The notes under the pieces are model-generated. The model had not been told where the DNA came from. It searched no databases and saw nothing but the letters and a program-made list of their open reading frames with translations. This document shows, piece by piece, positions 17,102 to 25,983 of a stretch of 30,626 nucleotides of DNA. The position numbers were made by a program, and so were the translations under genes. The stretch is from assembly GCA_040905465.1 (NCBI GenBank), contig JBBDRK010000016.1:22751-53376 (forward strand), in the 5' to 3' direction. The stretch comes from Trueperaceae bacterium (GTDB taxonomy: Bacteria; Deinococcota; Deinococci; Deinococcales; Trueperaceae). Position 1 is the stretch's first letter; each line of letters opens with the position of its first letter.

Positions 17102-18061
17102 ATGAAGCAATTGCATGTTGTTGCGTCCAGGTTCGTCCTGTTCTTGCTCGTAATATCGCTCTTCGGCGTCGCCGCCGGGCAGTCGTACCCCAGCAAGCCG
17201 CTCACCTTCGTCGTGCCTTGGCCCGCCGGCGGGACCACCGACATCATCGGCAGGCTCCTGGCCAACGCGATGAGCGAGGAACTGGGACGGCCGGTGGCGG
17301 TCGTCAATCGTGTGGGCGGCGGCGGATCGCTCGGCACCAAGTCGGTTCTCGATTCGCCGGACGGCGGTCACACCGTGCTGGTCACGACCAGCGGTAACCA
17401 TATCCTTACGCCGCTGAAGAACGACGTCGGCTACGAGCACGACGACTTCACCCCCATCGGCCAGGTATCGGTCCGCTCGTTGGGCCTCGCCGTTCAAGGT
17501 GACGCGCCCTGGCAGAATCTGAGCGATCTGGCGGAAGACGCCGCCGCGAATCCCGGGAGATACACCTTTGCCGCCGTTCCCGACGTGCTCCCGTTCCTCA
17601 CCGTGCAGAGCTGGGCCGACGCCGCGGGGATCGAACTGACGCACATCCCCCAGCAGGGCGACGCGCCCGGCGTGACCGGCGTGCTCGGCGGCCACTACGA
17701 CATGGTGCCGGCAAGCCTCGATTCGGTGGAGTCGCAGGTGGCCGCGGGCTCGATGAGGCTACTGGCCGTGTTCAGCGCGGAGCGTGACCCGGCCGCTCCG
17801 GATGTCCCCACCGCCATCGAGCAGGGCTACGACGTCATAGGGAATCCCTGGACCGGCCTGGCCGTGTCCGGCGATGCGCCCGACGAAGCGGTGGAAGCGC
17901 TCCGTCAGGCGCTGGCCAACGTGGTCGAGGATCCAGAGTTCGCTGCCCGTGCCGACCAGGCCGGCGCCACCGTCAACTACACCGATGGTCCTGCCTTTGG
18001 CGAGCAGTGGGCGCGCGACTGGAACGCCTACGAGCCGATCTTGCGGCCGGCCGGCAACTAG
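17102..18061 (+). CDS. tctC: tripartite tricarboxylate transporter substrate-binding protein (TctC/Bug)
   Basis: Signal peptide; YPSKPLTFVVPWPAGGTTD, VVNRVGGGG, PDVPT; RBS AAGGAG. Confidence 0.92.
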   Translation: MKQLHVVASRFVLFLLVISLFGVAAGQSYPSKPLTFVVPWPAGGTTDIIGRLLANAMSEELGRPVAVVNRVGGGGSLGTKSVLDSPDGGHTVLVTTSGNHILTPLKNDVGYEHDDFTPIGQVSVRSLGLAVQGDAPWQNLSDLAEDAAANPGRYTFAAVPDVLPFLTVQSWADAAGIELTHIPQQGDAPGVTGVLGGHYDMVPASLDSVESQVAAGSMRLLAVFSAERDPAAPDVPTAIEQGYDVIGNPWTGLAVSGDAPDEAVEALRQALANVVEDPEFAARADQAGATVNYTDGPAFGEQWARDWNAYEPILRPAGN

Positions 18062-18082
18062 CGCGGATCGAAGACTCTCGAG

Positions 18083-18108
18083 CCGAGGGGGGAGTAATCC
18101 CCCTTCGG
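18083..18108 (+). other. stable intercistronic hairpin after tctC
   Basis: CCGAGGGGGGA-GTAA-TCCCCCTTCGG: 11-bp stem (one G-U pair), GNRA loop, no U-tract. Confidence 0.65.
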
Positions 18109-18180
18109 TGCCATTGCGCGAACAGGGCAGAGGCCGGCTGATCCGGCCGGTCGACACAAACCACCACTAGGAGGAGGCAG

Positions 18181-18690
18181 ATGCTTCGAGCCGCTCGAGA
18201 AGTCTGGGTCGCCGCCGTCGTTCTGGCGGTGAGCCTGTTCTTTCTCATCTACCTGGTGCTCGCCACCGACTGGAGCATGGCGGTAGCGCTGTCGCCGACA
18301 TCGATGCCGCTCTTCGTCATTTCCCTGGCGGTACTGTTCTCACTGGGCCAGCTGATCGCCTCGGTCGTGCAGGCCCGAAACTCCGGCGCGTCGAACCAAA
18401 CCGACACGCCGGCCGGCGACGACGCCTCGGCGGGACGGGCGGGCCCGGACCGGCCTGCGGCCAGTCGCGGCATCGCGCTACTTGCCTTGACCATCCTTTA
18501 TCTGATCGCCCTGCCGTGGGCAGGCTATCTGATGACCACCACCCTTTACACGGGCGGACTCGCCGGATTGTTCGGCAACAGGCGGCCCCTGTCGATCATC
18601 CTGATGATGATCCTGGTGCCGGCTTCGTTGCTGGTCTTCTTCGAAAGATACCTGCGAATCTGGCTCCCCGCGGGAAGACTGTTCCAGTGA
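18181..18690 (+). CDS. tctB: tripartite tricarboxylate transporter TctB
   Basis: Small multi-TM protein ending FFERYLRIWLPAG, between tctC and tctA; RBS AGGAGG. Confidence 0.85.
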   Translation: MLRAAREVWVAAVVLAVSLFFLIYLVLATDWSMAVALSPTSMPLFVISLAVLFSLGQLIASVVQARNSGASNQTDTPAGDDASAGRAGPDRPAASRGIALLALTILYLIALPWAGYLMTTTLYTGGLAGLFGNRRPLSIILMMILVPASLLVFFERYLRIWLPAGRLFQ

Positions 18691-18697
18691 GGCGAGA

Positions 18698-20206
18698 ATG
18701 AGCGAAGTCCTCGACGCTATCTTCCTGGCCCTGCAGTTCCAGACGGTGATCCTGATGGTCGTCGGACTGGTTATCGGGATCGTCATAGGTGGAATACCCG
18801 GTCTGAACGTTCCCCTGGCGGTGGCAATAGCCCTGCCCATCACCTTCTATCTCGAGCCGCTCTCCGGAATCGCCATGCTGGTCGGAATATACAAGGGTGG
18901 GACCTATGGAGGTTCCCTGTCTGCCGTGCTTATCAACGTCCCCGGTACCCCGGCGGCCGCGGCCACCGGCATCGATGGGCACCAGTTGACGAGGCAGGGC
19001 AAGGCCGGCAAGGCACTGAAGATGTCGCTCTACGCCTCGGGTGTCGGTGCCCTGCTCAGCGACCTGGCACTTATCTTCTTCGCGGTACCGGTAGCGGTGC
19101 TGGCGCTCCGTATCGGCCCGGCAGAGAACTTCGCTCTCGGCGTGTTCGCACTGACCCTCATCGCCGTCCTCTCGCAAGGGAACATGTTCAAAGGGCTCAT
19201 CGCCGGCACCATGGGCATCTTCCTGGCTACATTCGGCCTCGACCCGCTCACCGGAGCGTCGCGGCTGACGTTCGGGGTGAGCCAACTGACCGCCGGCTGG
19301 AGCTTCATATCGTTGATCCTGGGGATCTTCGCGATCGCCGAAGCGCTCGAGTTCGTGCAGAAACGCTTTCTGGGACCCAGCGGCAGTAAAGGCGTGAAGC
19401 TCGGCGGCGAGAACCATCGGCTCACCCGCGAAGACTGGCGCGGCAGCTGGCGCGCCATCGCCCGCTCGGCTCCCATCGGAGTCCTGATCGGCGCCGTGCC
19501 CGGACTCGGTTCGGCGATCGCCGCATTCTTCAGTTACGGCGTCGCCCGGACTATGTCCAAGGAGCCCGAGAAGTTCGGGAAGGGAGCGCTCGAAGGCGTG
19601 GCCGCCGCGGAGTCGGCCAACAACGGAGTCACCAGTTCGACCTTCATTCCGCTTCTCACCCTGGGCATCCCGGGCGACGTGATAACCGCCATCATGCTCG
19701 GCGCGTTCATGGTGCACGGCCTGGTGCCGGGCCCGTCGCTGTTCACCGAGCATCGTGGCTTCATCATGGCCTTCTTCGTGATGATGCTGGTGACCACGAT
19801 CCTGCTTGTGGTGATCGCGCGGCTCGGAATGCGCCTCTTTCTCCAGACCACCAGGATTCCCGACAGCATCCTGTTCCCGGTCGTCGTCGTGCTGTGCTTC
19901 ACCGGCACCTACGTCGCCACAAACAACTTCTTCGATCTCTACGCCACTCTCGGCTTCGGAGTTCTCGGCTTCGCCATGAAGAAGTTCAACTTTCCGATAG
20001 CTCCCCTGTTGATCGGCTTCATCCTCGGCCCGCTGGTCGAGATAGCGCTCAGGCAGAGCCTTCTGCTGTCTCGTGGCAGCCTGGACATTTTCGTCACCCA
20101 CCCGATTTCACTGCTGTTCCTGCTGTTGGCTCTTGGAACCATCGCCTGGGTCGGCTGGGGTGAGTACCGCAGCGGCGTGGCCCGCCGCTCCAAGGTAGGG
20201 GCGTGA
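18698..20206 (+). CDS. tctA: tripartite tricarboxylate transporter TctA
   Basis: GGIPGL, YGGS..AVLINVPGTP, AAAESANN, LTLGIPGD, PGP motifs. Confidence 0.95.
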   Translation: MSEVLDAIFLALQFQTVILMVVGLVIGIVIGGIPGLNVPLAVAIALPITFYLEPLSGIAMLVGIYKGGTYGGSLSAVLINVPGTPAAAATGIDGHQLTRQGKAGKALKMSLYASGVGALLSDLALIFFAVPVAVLALRIGPAENFALGVFALTLIAVLSQGNMFKGLIAGTMGIFLATFGLDPLTGASRLTFGVSQLTAGWSFISLILGIFAIAEALEFVQKRFLGPSGSKGVKLGGENHRLTREDWRGSWRAIARSAPIGVLIGAVPGLGSAIAAFFSYGVARTMSKEPEKFGKGALEGVAAAESANNGVTSSTFIPLLTLGIPGDVITAIMLGAFMVHGLVPGPSLFTEHRGFIMAFFVMMLVTTILLVVIARLGMRLFLQTTRIPDSILFPVVVVLCFTGTYVATNNFFDLYATLGFGVLGFAMKKFNFPIAPLLIGFILGPLVEIALRQSLLLSRGSLDIFVTHPISLLFLLLALGTIAWVGWGEYRSGVARRSKVGA

Positions 20207-20266
20207 TGAGCGCGGCCGAGGATGACATCCGGGGCCCGCTCGGACCGGGTCGTTGAAAGGAGCGTG

Positions 20267-21514
20267 ATGGGTATTCACATCGCTGAAGCGGACCTGGACG
20301 TCCTTCGTGAACCGTTGCGACGCCCGTTCGGATTCAAGGGCGGTTACTTCACCGAAAAGTGGGTCTGCCGGGTGAGCCTCACCAGCAGCGGTGGGAGCCG
20401 AGCGGTCGGCCTGGGCGGACTCGCAGTGCTGTGGTCGGATCCCGAGCTGTTTGCCGAGCACACCGAGGTGGGGGGAAACCTGGTGATGGCCTCGCTACTG
20501 GAGACGTCGCTGTTGGCTGCCCGCGGCACGAGTTTCGACACGCCGATCGACCTGTTGAACCGGTCGGCACCGCAAGCGCATGAGGCCGGCAAAAGGATGA
20601 CCGGGCGCCCCAACCTGCGCAGGACGTTCGCACTCAACTCGCTTATAGCCCTCGACAACGCGGCCTGGATCCTATATGCGCGGGAGAACGGCATCTCCAC
20701 TTTCGACGAGATGATCCCGGAACCGTACCGTCAGGTACTCGGCCACCGCCACCGGGCGGTTGCGAGTATCCCCGCCATCTCCTACAAGTCCGGTGACCAG
20801 GAGATCGTCGACCTGGTCGACGCCGGCCACTTCTTCCTCAAGGTGAAAATCGGCGCTCCCGGAGAGCCTGCCGAGATGCTGCAGGCCGACAAGGAGCGGC
20901 TCACGCACCTGCACGGGCTGGTGGGCTCACGGGAGACGGCTCACGCGGGAGTGCGCTACTACCTGGATGCCAACGGCCGCTACCGGGACCTGGCAGCACT
21001 GCAGGACCTCCTCGACCACGCCAAGGAGATAGGAGCGTTCGGGCAGATCGCACTTCTGGAGGAACCGTTCCCCGAGGAGATCGAACTCGACGTGAGTTCG
21101 GTGGGGGTGCGCGTGGTAGCCGACGAGAGCGTCCAGTCGCTGGAGGACGTGGCCAGGAAGGCGGAGCTCGGGTACGGCGCAATCGCCCTCAAGCCTGCGG
21201 GCAAGACCCTGAGCCTCACGCTTCAGGTGGCACGGGAGGCCGACAGGCTCGAGGTTCCATGCTTCGTGGCCGACTCCGCCTGCGTTCCGCGGCTGCTCGA
21301 CTGGAACCGCAATATCGCTGCCCGCCTGGCACCCCTGCCTGGTGAAGGGATGGGGCTGCTGGAGGTGAACGGCCCGGAGAACTACCGCAACTGGGAGCGA
21401 CTGGTGTCGGAACACCCGTGCCACGGAGCCGACTGGCTGGAACCGCGGAACGGCCTGTTCGAACTCGGTGAAAGCTTCTACCAGGGAAGTGGCGGGATCC
21501 TGACGGAGTCTTGA
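20267..21514 (+). CDS. enolase-superfamily enzyme (mandelate racemase/muconate lactonising enzyme-like)
   Basis: KVK, LDAN, EEP, ADES and ALK residues in order; start at ATG 20267 after AAGGAG (alternative 20222). Confidence 0.82.
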   Translation: MGIHIAEADLDVLREPLRRPFGFKGGYFTEKWVCRVSLTSSGGSRAVGLGGLAVLWSDPELFAEHTEVGGNLVMASLLETSLLAARGTSFDTPIDLLNRSAPQAHEAGKRMTGRPNLRRTFALNSLIALDNAAWILYARENGISTFDEMIPEPYRQVLGHRHRAVASIPAISYKSGDQEIVDLVDAGHFFLKVKIGAPGEPAEMLQADKERLTHLHGLVGSRETAHAGVRYYLDANGRYRDLAALQDLLDHAKEIGAFGQIALLEEPFPEEIELDVSSVGVRVVADESVQSLEDVARKAELGYGAIALKPAGKTLSLTLQVAREADRLEVPCFVADSACVPRLLDWNRNIAARLAPLPGEGMGLLEVNGPENYRNWERLVSEHPCHGADWLEPRNGLFELGESFYQGSGGILTES

Positions 21515-21666
21515 CAGGGCGGACCTGTCGCCACGACCAGGCGAACAGGTCACCGGCACGGGCCGTGGCATGAAGCGGCCGGCTCCGCTGGTCGAGCGAG
21601 GGCCGACGATCCTGGACCGCCGCCGACGGCCGGCGGCAGGTAGAAAGCGAGGAACTGGATTCGCTT

Positions 21667-23154
21667 ATGAGGGACACGATATTTTACGGGGACATCCACA
21701 ACCACAACGCCCTGGGATACGGCAAGGGATCGCTCGAACGCAGCATCGACATAGCCAAGACGCACCTCGATTTCTTCGCCTTCACCGGACACGCGCGTTG
21801 GCACGATCTGGTGGGCATGGAGGGTGAACGCGAACGGCATTGGCTCGAGGGTTTCGAACGCCACACCGCAAACTGGGAGCACATCCAGAATCTGGCGGCG
21901 ACGAACAACCGCGACGGAGAGTTCGTCCAGTTCCTCGGTTATGAGTGGCACTCCAGCCGCTACGGTGACCAGTGCGTGGTCTTTCCGGCGGACCATCAGC
22001 CGCTCTTCCTTCCCGATAACGTCGAGGCACTGCGACACTTCTGCCGAGAACGCGAGGCGTTGATGATCCCGCACCACATCGCCTACCCCACCGGCAACAG
22101 AGGCGTGAACTGGGACGTGTTCGAAGAGGGGCTGGCCACGCCGGTGGTCGAGATCTACTCCGAACATGGCAACTCCGAGTACGACAGGGGGGACTACGAC
22201 TTCTTCCGCCACTCGTTCGGGGGCCGGGTCACCGCCAATACCGCTCAGGCTGCCTTGGCGCGCGGGACGAAGTTCGGATTCGTGGCCTCCTCGGACAACC
22301 ACCGGGGCTTTCCCGGCGCCTACGGCGAGGGTCTCATGGGCGTCCTCGCCCGAGACCTAAGCCGCAAGGAGATAATGCGGGCGGTTCGAGCTCGCCGGAC
22401 CTACGCGCTGACAGGCGACCGCATCGAGCTGCGCCTCGAGGCAAACGGCAAGGGATTGGGTGAAGATCTCGGCAAGGCGGACCAGGTCGAACTGACCTTC
22501 GACATCTCGGGTCGCGAGGAGCTGGAGATGGTCGAGGTGATCCACAATGGGCGCACCATCCGCCGAGTGTTCCCCGACGGTCGCGACGACGGCGAGAACG
22601 CGTTCGTCGAGCCGGTGCAGGTTCGCTTCGAGTGGGGCTGGGGACCGTGGAAGGACCTTGCCCTCGAGCGGATAACCGACTGGCGCATGAGCGTCTCCGT
22701 CGAGGGGGGCGAACTGCAGCGATTTTTCCCCTGCCTGCAGTCGGGACCGTTCAGCGAGGAGAAGAGGCACCGATTCCACCGCAGCGGTAACCTCTTGGAT
22801 ATCCGGTCGTACACCTCCCGCCGGGAGGCCTTCCAGGAAGACCCGAACCAGAGCGTGATCCTGGAGGTCTCGGGCGGACCCGCGACACGGCTGCGGGTGA
22901 AGATGGAAGAACCGTCGGCGTCCGAGAACTCGGCCTCGTTGGCCGAGTTGATACAGGGCTCCGCCAACTATCACACCGGGCCCTTCCCCAAGGAGAGTTT
23001 CATGTTTCGCCGGCTCACGACCCTCTCCGCCAGCCGGGTGGGCGGGAGCCTGGTCCTGAACCGAAGCGAGCTGGAACTACCCGGATACCTCTATTTTCGA
23101 GTGAAGCAGAAGAACGGGCAGATGGCATGGAGTTCGCCCTGGTTCCTCTCCTGA
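21667..23154 (+). CDS. PHP-fold metallohydrolase, DUF3604-like
   Basis: YGDIHNH, DFFAFTGH, GYEW, IPHH, VEIYSEHG, ASSDNH..PG, RRTYALTG, terminal AWSSP. Confidence 0.78.
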   Translation: MRDTIFYGDIHNHNALGYGKGSLERSIDIAKTHLDFFAFTGHARWHDLVGMEGERERHWLEGFERHTANWEHIQNLAATNNRDGEFVQFLGYEWHSSRYGDQCVVFPADHQPLFLPDNVEALRHFCREREALMIPHHIAYPTGNRGVNWDVFEEGLATPVVEIYSEHGNSEYDRGDYDFFRHSFGGRVTANTAQAALARGTKFGFVASSDNHRGFPGAYGEGLMGVLARDLSRKEIMRAVRARRTYALTGDRIELRLEANGKGLGEDLGKADQVELTFDISGREELEMVEVIHNGRTIRRVFPDGRDDGENAFVEPVQVRFEWGWGPWKDLALERITDWRMSVSVEGGELQRFFPCLQSGPFSEEKRHRFHRSGNLLDIRSYTSRREAFQEDPNQSVILEVSGGPATRLRVKMEEPSASENSASLAELIQGSANYHTGPFPKESFMFRRLTTLSASRVGGSLVLNRSELELPGYLYFRVKQKNGQMAWSSPWFLS

Positions 23155-23194
23155 TCCTCGGTCCTACCTGGGACAGCCTGCGATTGCTCCCGGT

Positions 23195-24064
23195 TCAGCC
23201 CCATTCGAGGCCGGTGGCCAGCACGATCCGGCTGCCGGTAAGGGTCGGTTCCCTGCCGCCGTAGCTCATCCTCGAGAGCCGACGCTGGACCGCCAGGCCG
23301 GCCTCCACCAGGAGCACTGCCGGATCGAGCGGCGACGGGTTCAGCGCGTCGCCATAGCGCAGGGTGTCCATCAGGACAGGTTCTCCGCCCAGGTATGCGG
23401 CAGCCGCGTTGAGTAGGGCGCTGAACTCATCGCCGTTGCCCGCAACCAGCGGTCCCAACTGCCAGTGGCGTCGGCCGGGGCGTAGTACCGCGTAACCGCT
23501 GGCCTGCGTATCGCCGGTAGTGAACCAGGCCTTGACCCCCTGCTCGCTGTACAGGTGCCGGAGCAGGTGCCCTCTCTCGACTCCGGAGGCAGCGGCGTCC
23601 AGCTCGGCCAGCTCTGCGAGCCGGTTCTCGTTCGCTTCCTCAGCTTGCTCGCCGGCCGCGACATCACGAAGCGATCCCGCCCAGCGATCGACAGCACAGA
23701 TGTCCTCGAAACCGCTCTTCCGGTAGAGCGGCCGTCCCAGGTCGGTGGCGTCCAGTCCCACGGTTCCGCCGTGCTTCAGGCCCAACTCGAGTGTTCGTTG
23801 CAGGACCTCTCTGCCGAGGCCCTGGCCGCGTTGGCTCTCGTGAACGATCACCATTCCGATCCAGTGCACCTTGCGCCCGTAGCTGGCCAGTGTCGCGGTA
23901 GCTACCAGCTCTCCGTCCACTCTTGCTGCCACCCCCTGGTCGGGGTTCAGGTGGAGCAGCCGCCGCCAGTCCGCCTCTGTCTGATTCCATCCCACGTGCG
24001 TGGAGAGCGCCTGCGCTTCCCGAACGTCTGGTTCGGTCAGCGCCGCGAAGTCAACGCCGGCCAC
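23195..24064 (-). CDS. two-domain GNAT N-acetyltransferase
   Basis: VGWNQ, WIGMVIV...RGQGLG (motif A), LDAT..GRPLY..GF, LGPL; GTG 24064 after GAGAGGA (alternative TTG 24106). Confidence 0.85.
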   Translation of the reverse strand: MAGVDFAALTEPDVREAQALSTHVGWNQTEADWRRLLHLNPDQGVAARVDGELVATATLASYGRKVHWIGMVIVHESQRGQGLGREVLQRTLELGLKHGGTVGLDATDLGRPLYRKSGFEDICAVDRWAGSLRDVAAGEQAEEANENRLAELAELDAAASGVERGHLLRHLYSEQGVKAWFTTGDTQASGYAVLRPGRRHWQLGPLVAGNGDEFSALLNAAAAYLGGEPVLMDTLRYGDALNPSPLDPAVLLVEAGLAVQRRLSRMSYGGREPTLTGSRIVLATGLEWG

Positions 24065-25577
24065 TGCCGTCCTCTCGCCGACGAGCCTTGGCGGCGGCCG
24101 GGCCAACGGGGGCGAACCGAAAGATCCCGTACTCGGCTTCGTACATATTGAAATCGTCCGTGTCGACGATTATCTCCCACATCCTCGCTGCCAGCTTCTC
24201 GAGTACCGGTTTTAGTTCCGGTTCAGCGGCCAGGTTGCGCAGCTCGTGCGGGTCTGCGGCCAGATCGTAGAGCTCGTCTTCGTCGAAGCAGTTGAAAACG
24301 TATTTGTACTGGTCTCGCCAGAGCGTTCGCTGGCTGTATGAGAAGCGCTGTCCATGGAACTCCGCGAACGCTTCGTTGCTCCACTGCGCGGCTGCCGCCT
24401 CGAGAAGCGGTACCAGCGATCTGCCCTGGCACGCGAATCGTTCGTTCAGGGTCAGCTCTACCAGAGTGGGAGCCACGTCGATCAGGCTGACGATCTGACT
24501 CCGAGTCTCACCGACCGGAACGCCCGGACCCTTGAGGATTAGCGGAACCTTGTAGGCTTCCTCGAACGGGGCCATGCCCTTCTGGAGCAGCCTGTGCGCT
24601 CCCATGTAGTCGCCGTGATCCGAGGTGTAGGTGATCAGGGTGTTCTCGGAGTCGCCGCCCGTTCGAAGCCTCGACAGGATTCGACCGACCTGATCGTCTA
24701 CCAACGAGCAGAAGGCGTAGTAGCAAGCGGTGGCTTCCGCGAACTCCGACCAGTCCAGGCCGCGATATACGCCCTGCAACCGGCGGTAGAGACCGGGCCG
24801 GTCCGCCAGGTCGTCGCCCCAACTCGCCGGCCGCGGAATGTCTTTGACGTCGTAGCGCTCACGGTATTCCCGCGGAACGACGAAAGGATCGTGCGGCCCC
24901 TCGCTGCTGATGAAGAGCGCCCACGGCTGCGATTCGTCCTCGTGTCGGTCGAGGAACTCGATGCCCCGGGAGTAGAGGTAGTGCTCCGCGGTAGCCTCGA
25001 CCGGCTCGTCGGTTACTCCGTAGAGCAGGAAGTCGTGATAGCCCTTGTGCCGAAGGTCGTATCGCTCGGCCAGTCCCGCCTGGGCGCCGAGTCCCAACCG
25101 TTCCCGGTACTCGTGGAACCCCTGGCTGCCCGCGCCGCCCTGTTCGATGAGCTCGTACTCGTCGAAACCGAACCGCTCGAGCTCGTCGCTGCGCTCGACA
25201 TGCCACTTGCCGAAGTAACCGGTTCGGTAGCCGGCCTGTTGCAGCGTTCGGCTCCAGAACGGGAGATCCGGCTTCAGGTCGGCGCGGTAGGTCTCGACGG
25301 CGTGGGTGATGTCGACCATGCCGTGGCTGTGGGGCAACAGGCCGGTCATCAAGCTTGCCCGGCTGGGAGAGCACACCGGATTCTGCGAGTAGCATCGTTC
25401 GAAGCGCACCCCGTCACCGGCCAGGGAGTCGACGTGCGGGGTGTGGCAAGGGCTGTCCGGGGCGACCGTGTCGGCGCGTTGTTGGTCGGTTATCAGGAAG
25501 AGGAGATTGGGACGCCTGCCGCCCTTGTTCATAGCACCTGCACGGCCCGTCGTCTTGTCGTCCTCGCTGTGGCTCAT
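24051..25577 (-). CDS. Cys-type sulfatase (choline-/arylsulfatase-like), cytoplasmic
   Basis: RPNLLFLITDQQR, CSPSRASLMTG, GKWH, PHDP, TSDHGD, ELYDL..DPHE..NLA; RBS AAGGAG. Confidence 0.93.
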   Translation of the reverse strand: MSHSEDDKTTGRAGAMNKGGRRPNLLFLITDQQRADTVAPDSPCHTPHVDSLAGDGVRFERCYSQNPVCSPSRASLMTGLLPHSHGMVDITHAVETYRADLKPDLPFWSRTLQQAGYRTGYFGKWHVERSDELERFGFDEYELIEQGGAGSQGFHEYRERLGLGAQAGLAERYDLRHKGYHDFLLYGVTDEPVEATAEHYLYSRGIEFLDRHEDESQPWALFISSEGPHDPFVVPREYRERYDVKDIPRPASWGDDLADRPGLYRRLQGVYRGLDWSEFAEATACYYAFCSLVDDQVGRILSRLRTGGDSENTLITYTSDHGDYMGAHRLLQKGMAPFEEAYKVPLILKGPGVPVGETRSQIVSLIDVAPTLVELTLNERFACQGRSLVPLLEAAAAQWSNEAFAEFHGQRFSYSQRTLWRDQYKYVFNCFDEDELYDLAADPHELRNLAAEPELKPVLEKLAARMWEIIVDTDDFNMYEAEYGIFRFAPVGPAAAKARRREDGSGRR

Positions 25578-25615
25578 ACCTGGGCGCTCCTTGACTCTAG
25601 GTTACCGTCCGTCGC

Positions 25616-25663
25616 TTGACCAGGAGGGGCGGAGAATTTATACTGCACCAGATGGTTCAGTAT
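25616..25663 (+). promoter_or_regulatory. leaderless promoter with ArsR-type operator spanning the start codon
   Basis: TTGACC-17-TATACT, with ATG 7 nt downstream; inverted repeat ATACTGcACCA-ga-TGGTtCAGTAT (25640-25663). Confidence 0.8.
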
Positions 25664-25981
25664 GCGGCTCGCTTCGACACTACCTTCTCGGCGCTCGCCG
25701 ACCCGACACGGCGCGGAATACTCGAACGGCTCTCGCGTGGGGAGGCCTCGATCAGCGATCTCGCCACGGACTTCGAGATGACGCTCAACGGCATCAAGAA
25801 GCACGTGCGAGTTCTCGAAGGCGCGAACCTGGTGTCAACCGAAAAGGTCGGACGGGTTCGAAGCTGCCGGCTGGGTCCGAACCGCCTGGAGGACGAGTCG
25901 GCCTGGATGGAGACGTATCGGCGGATGTTGGACGGTCGCCTCGACCGCCTCGAGGCATTCCTGGAAAGGACGAAGGGATAA
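25652..25981 (+). CDS. ArsR/SmtB family transcriptional regulator
   Basis: FSALADPTRRGILERL, KHVRVLE.ANLV..EKVGR.R. Confidence 0.92.
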   Translation: MVQYAARFDTTFSALADPTRRGILERLSRGEASISDLATDFEMTLNGIKKHVRVLEGANLVSTEKVGRVRSCRLGPNRLEDESAWMETYRRMLDGRLDRLEAFLERTKG

Positions 25982-25983
25982 TC

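Noticed and set aside
18596-20101. 501-aa minus-strand ORF (similarly 257-1273, 4441-5817, 16004-17044, 24594-25619, 26436-27533, 28910-30286)
   Set aside because: Antisense or alternate-frame shadows of clearly identifiable genes, with no family motifs.
25441-25983. Long N-terminal extension of the SRPBCC ORF, or an ArsR-SRPBCC fusion
   Set aside because: ArsR is in another frame with its own stop at 25981; the SRPBCC domain begins after GTG 25984.
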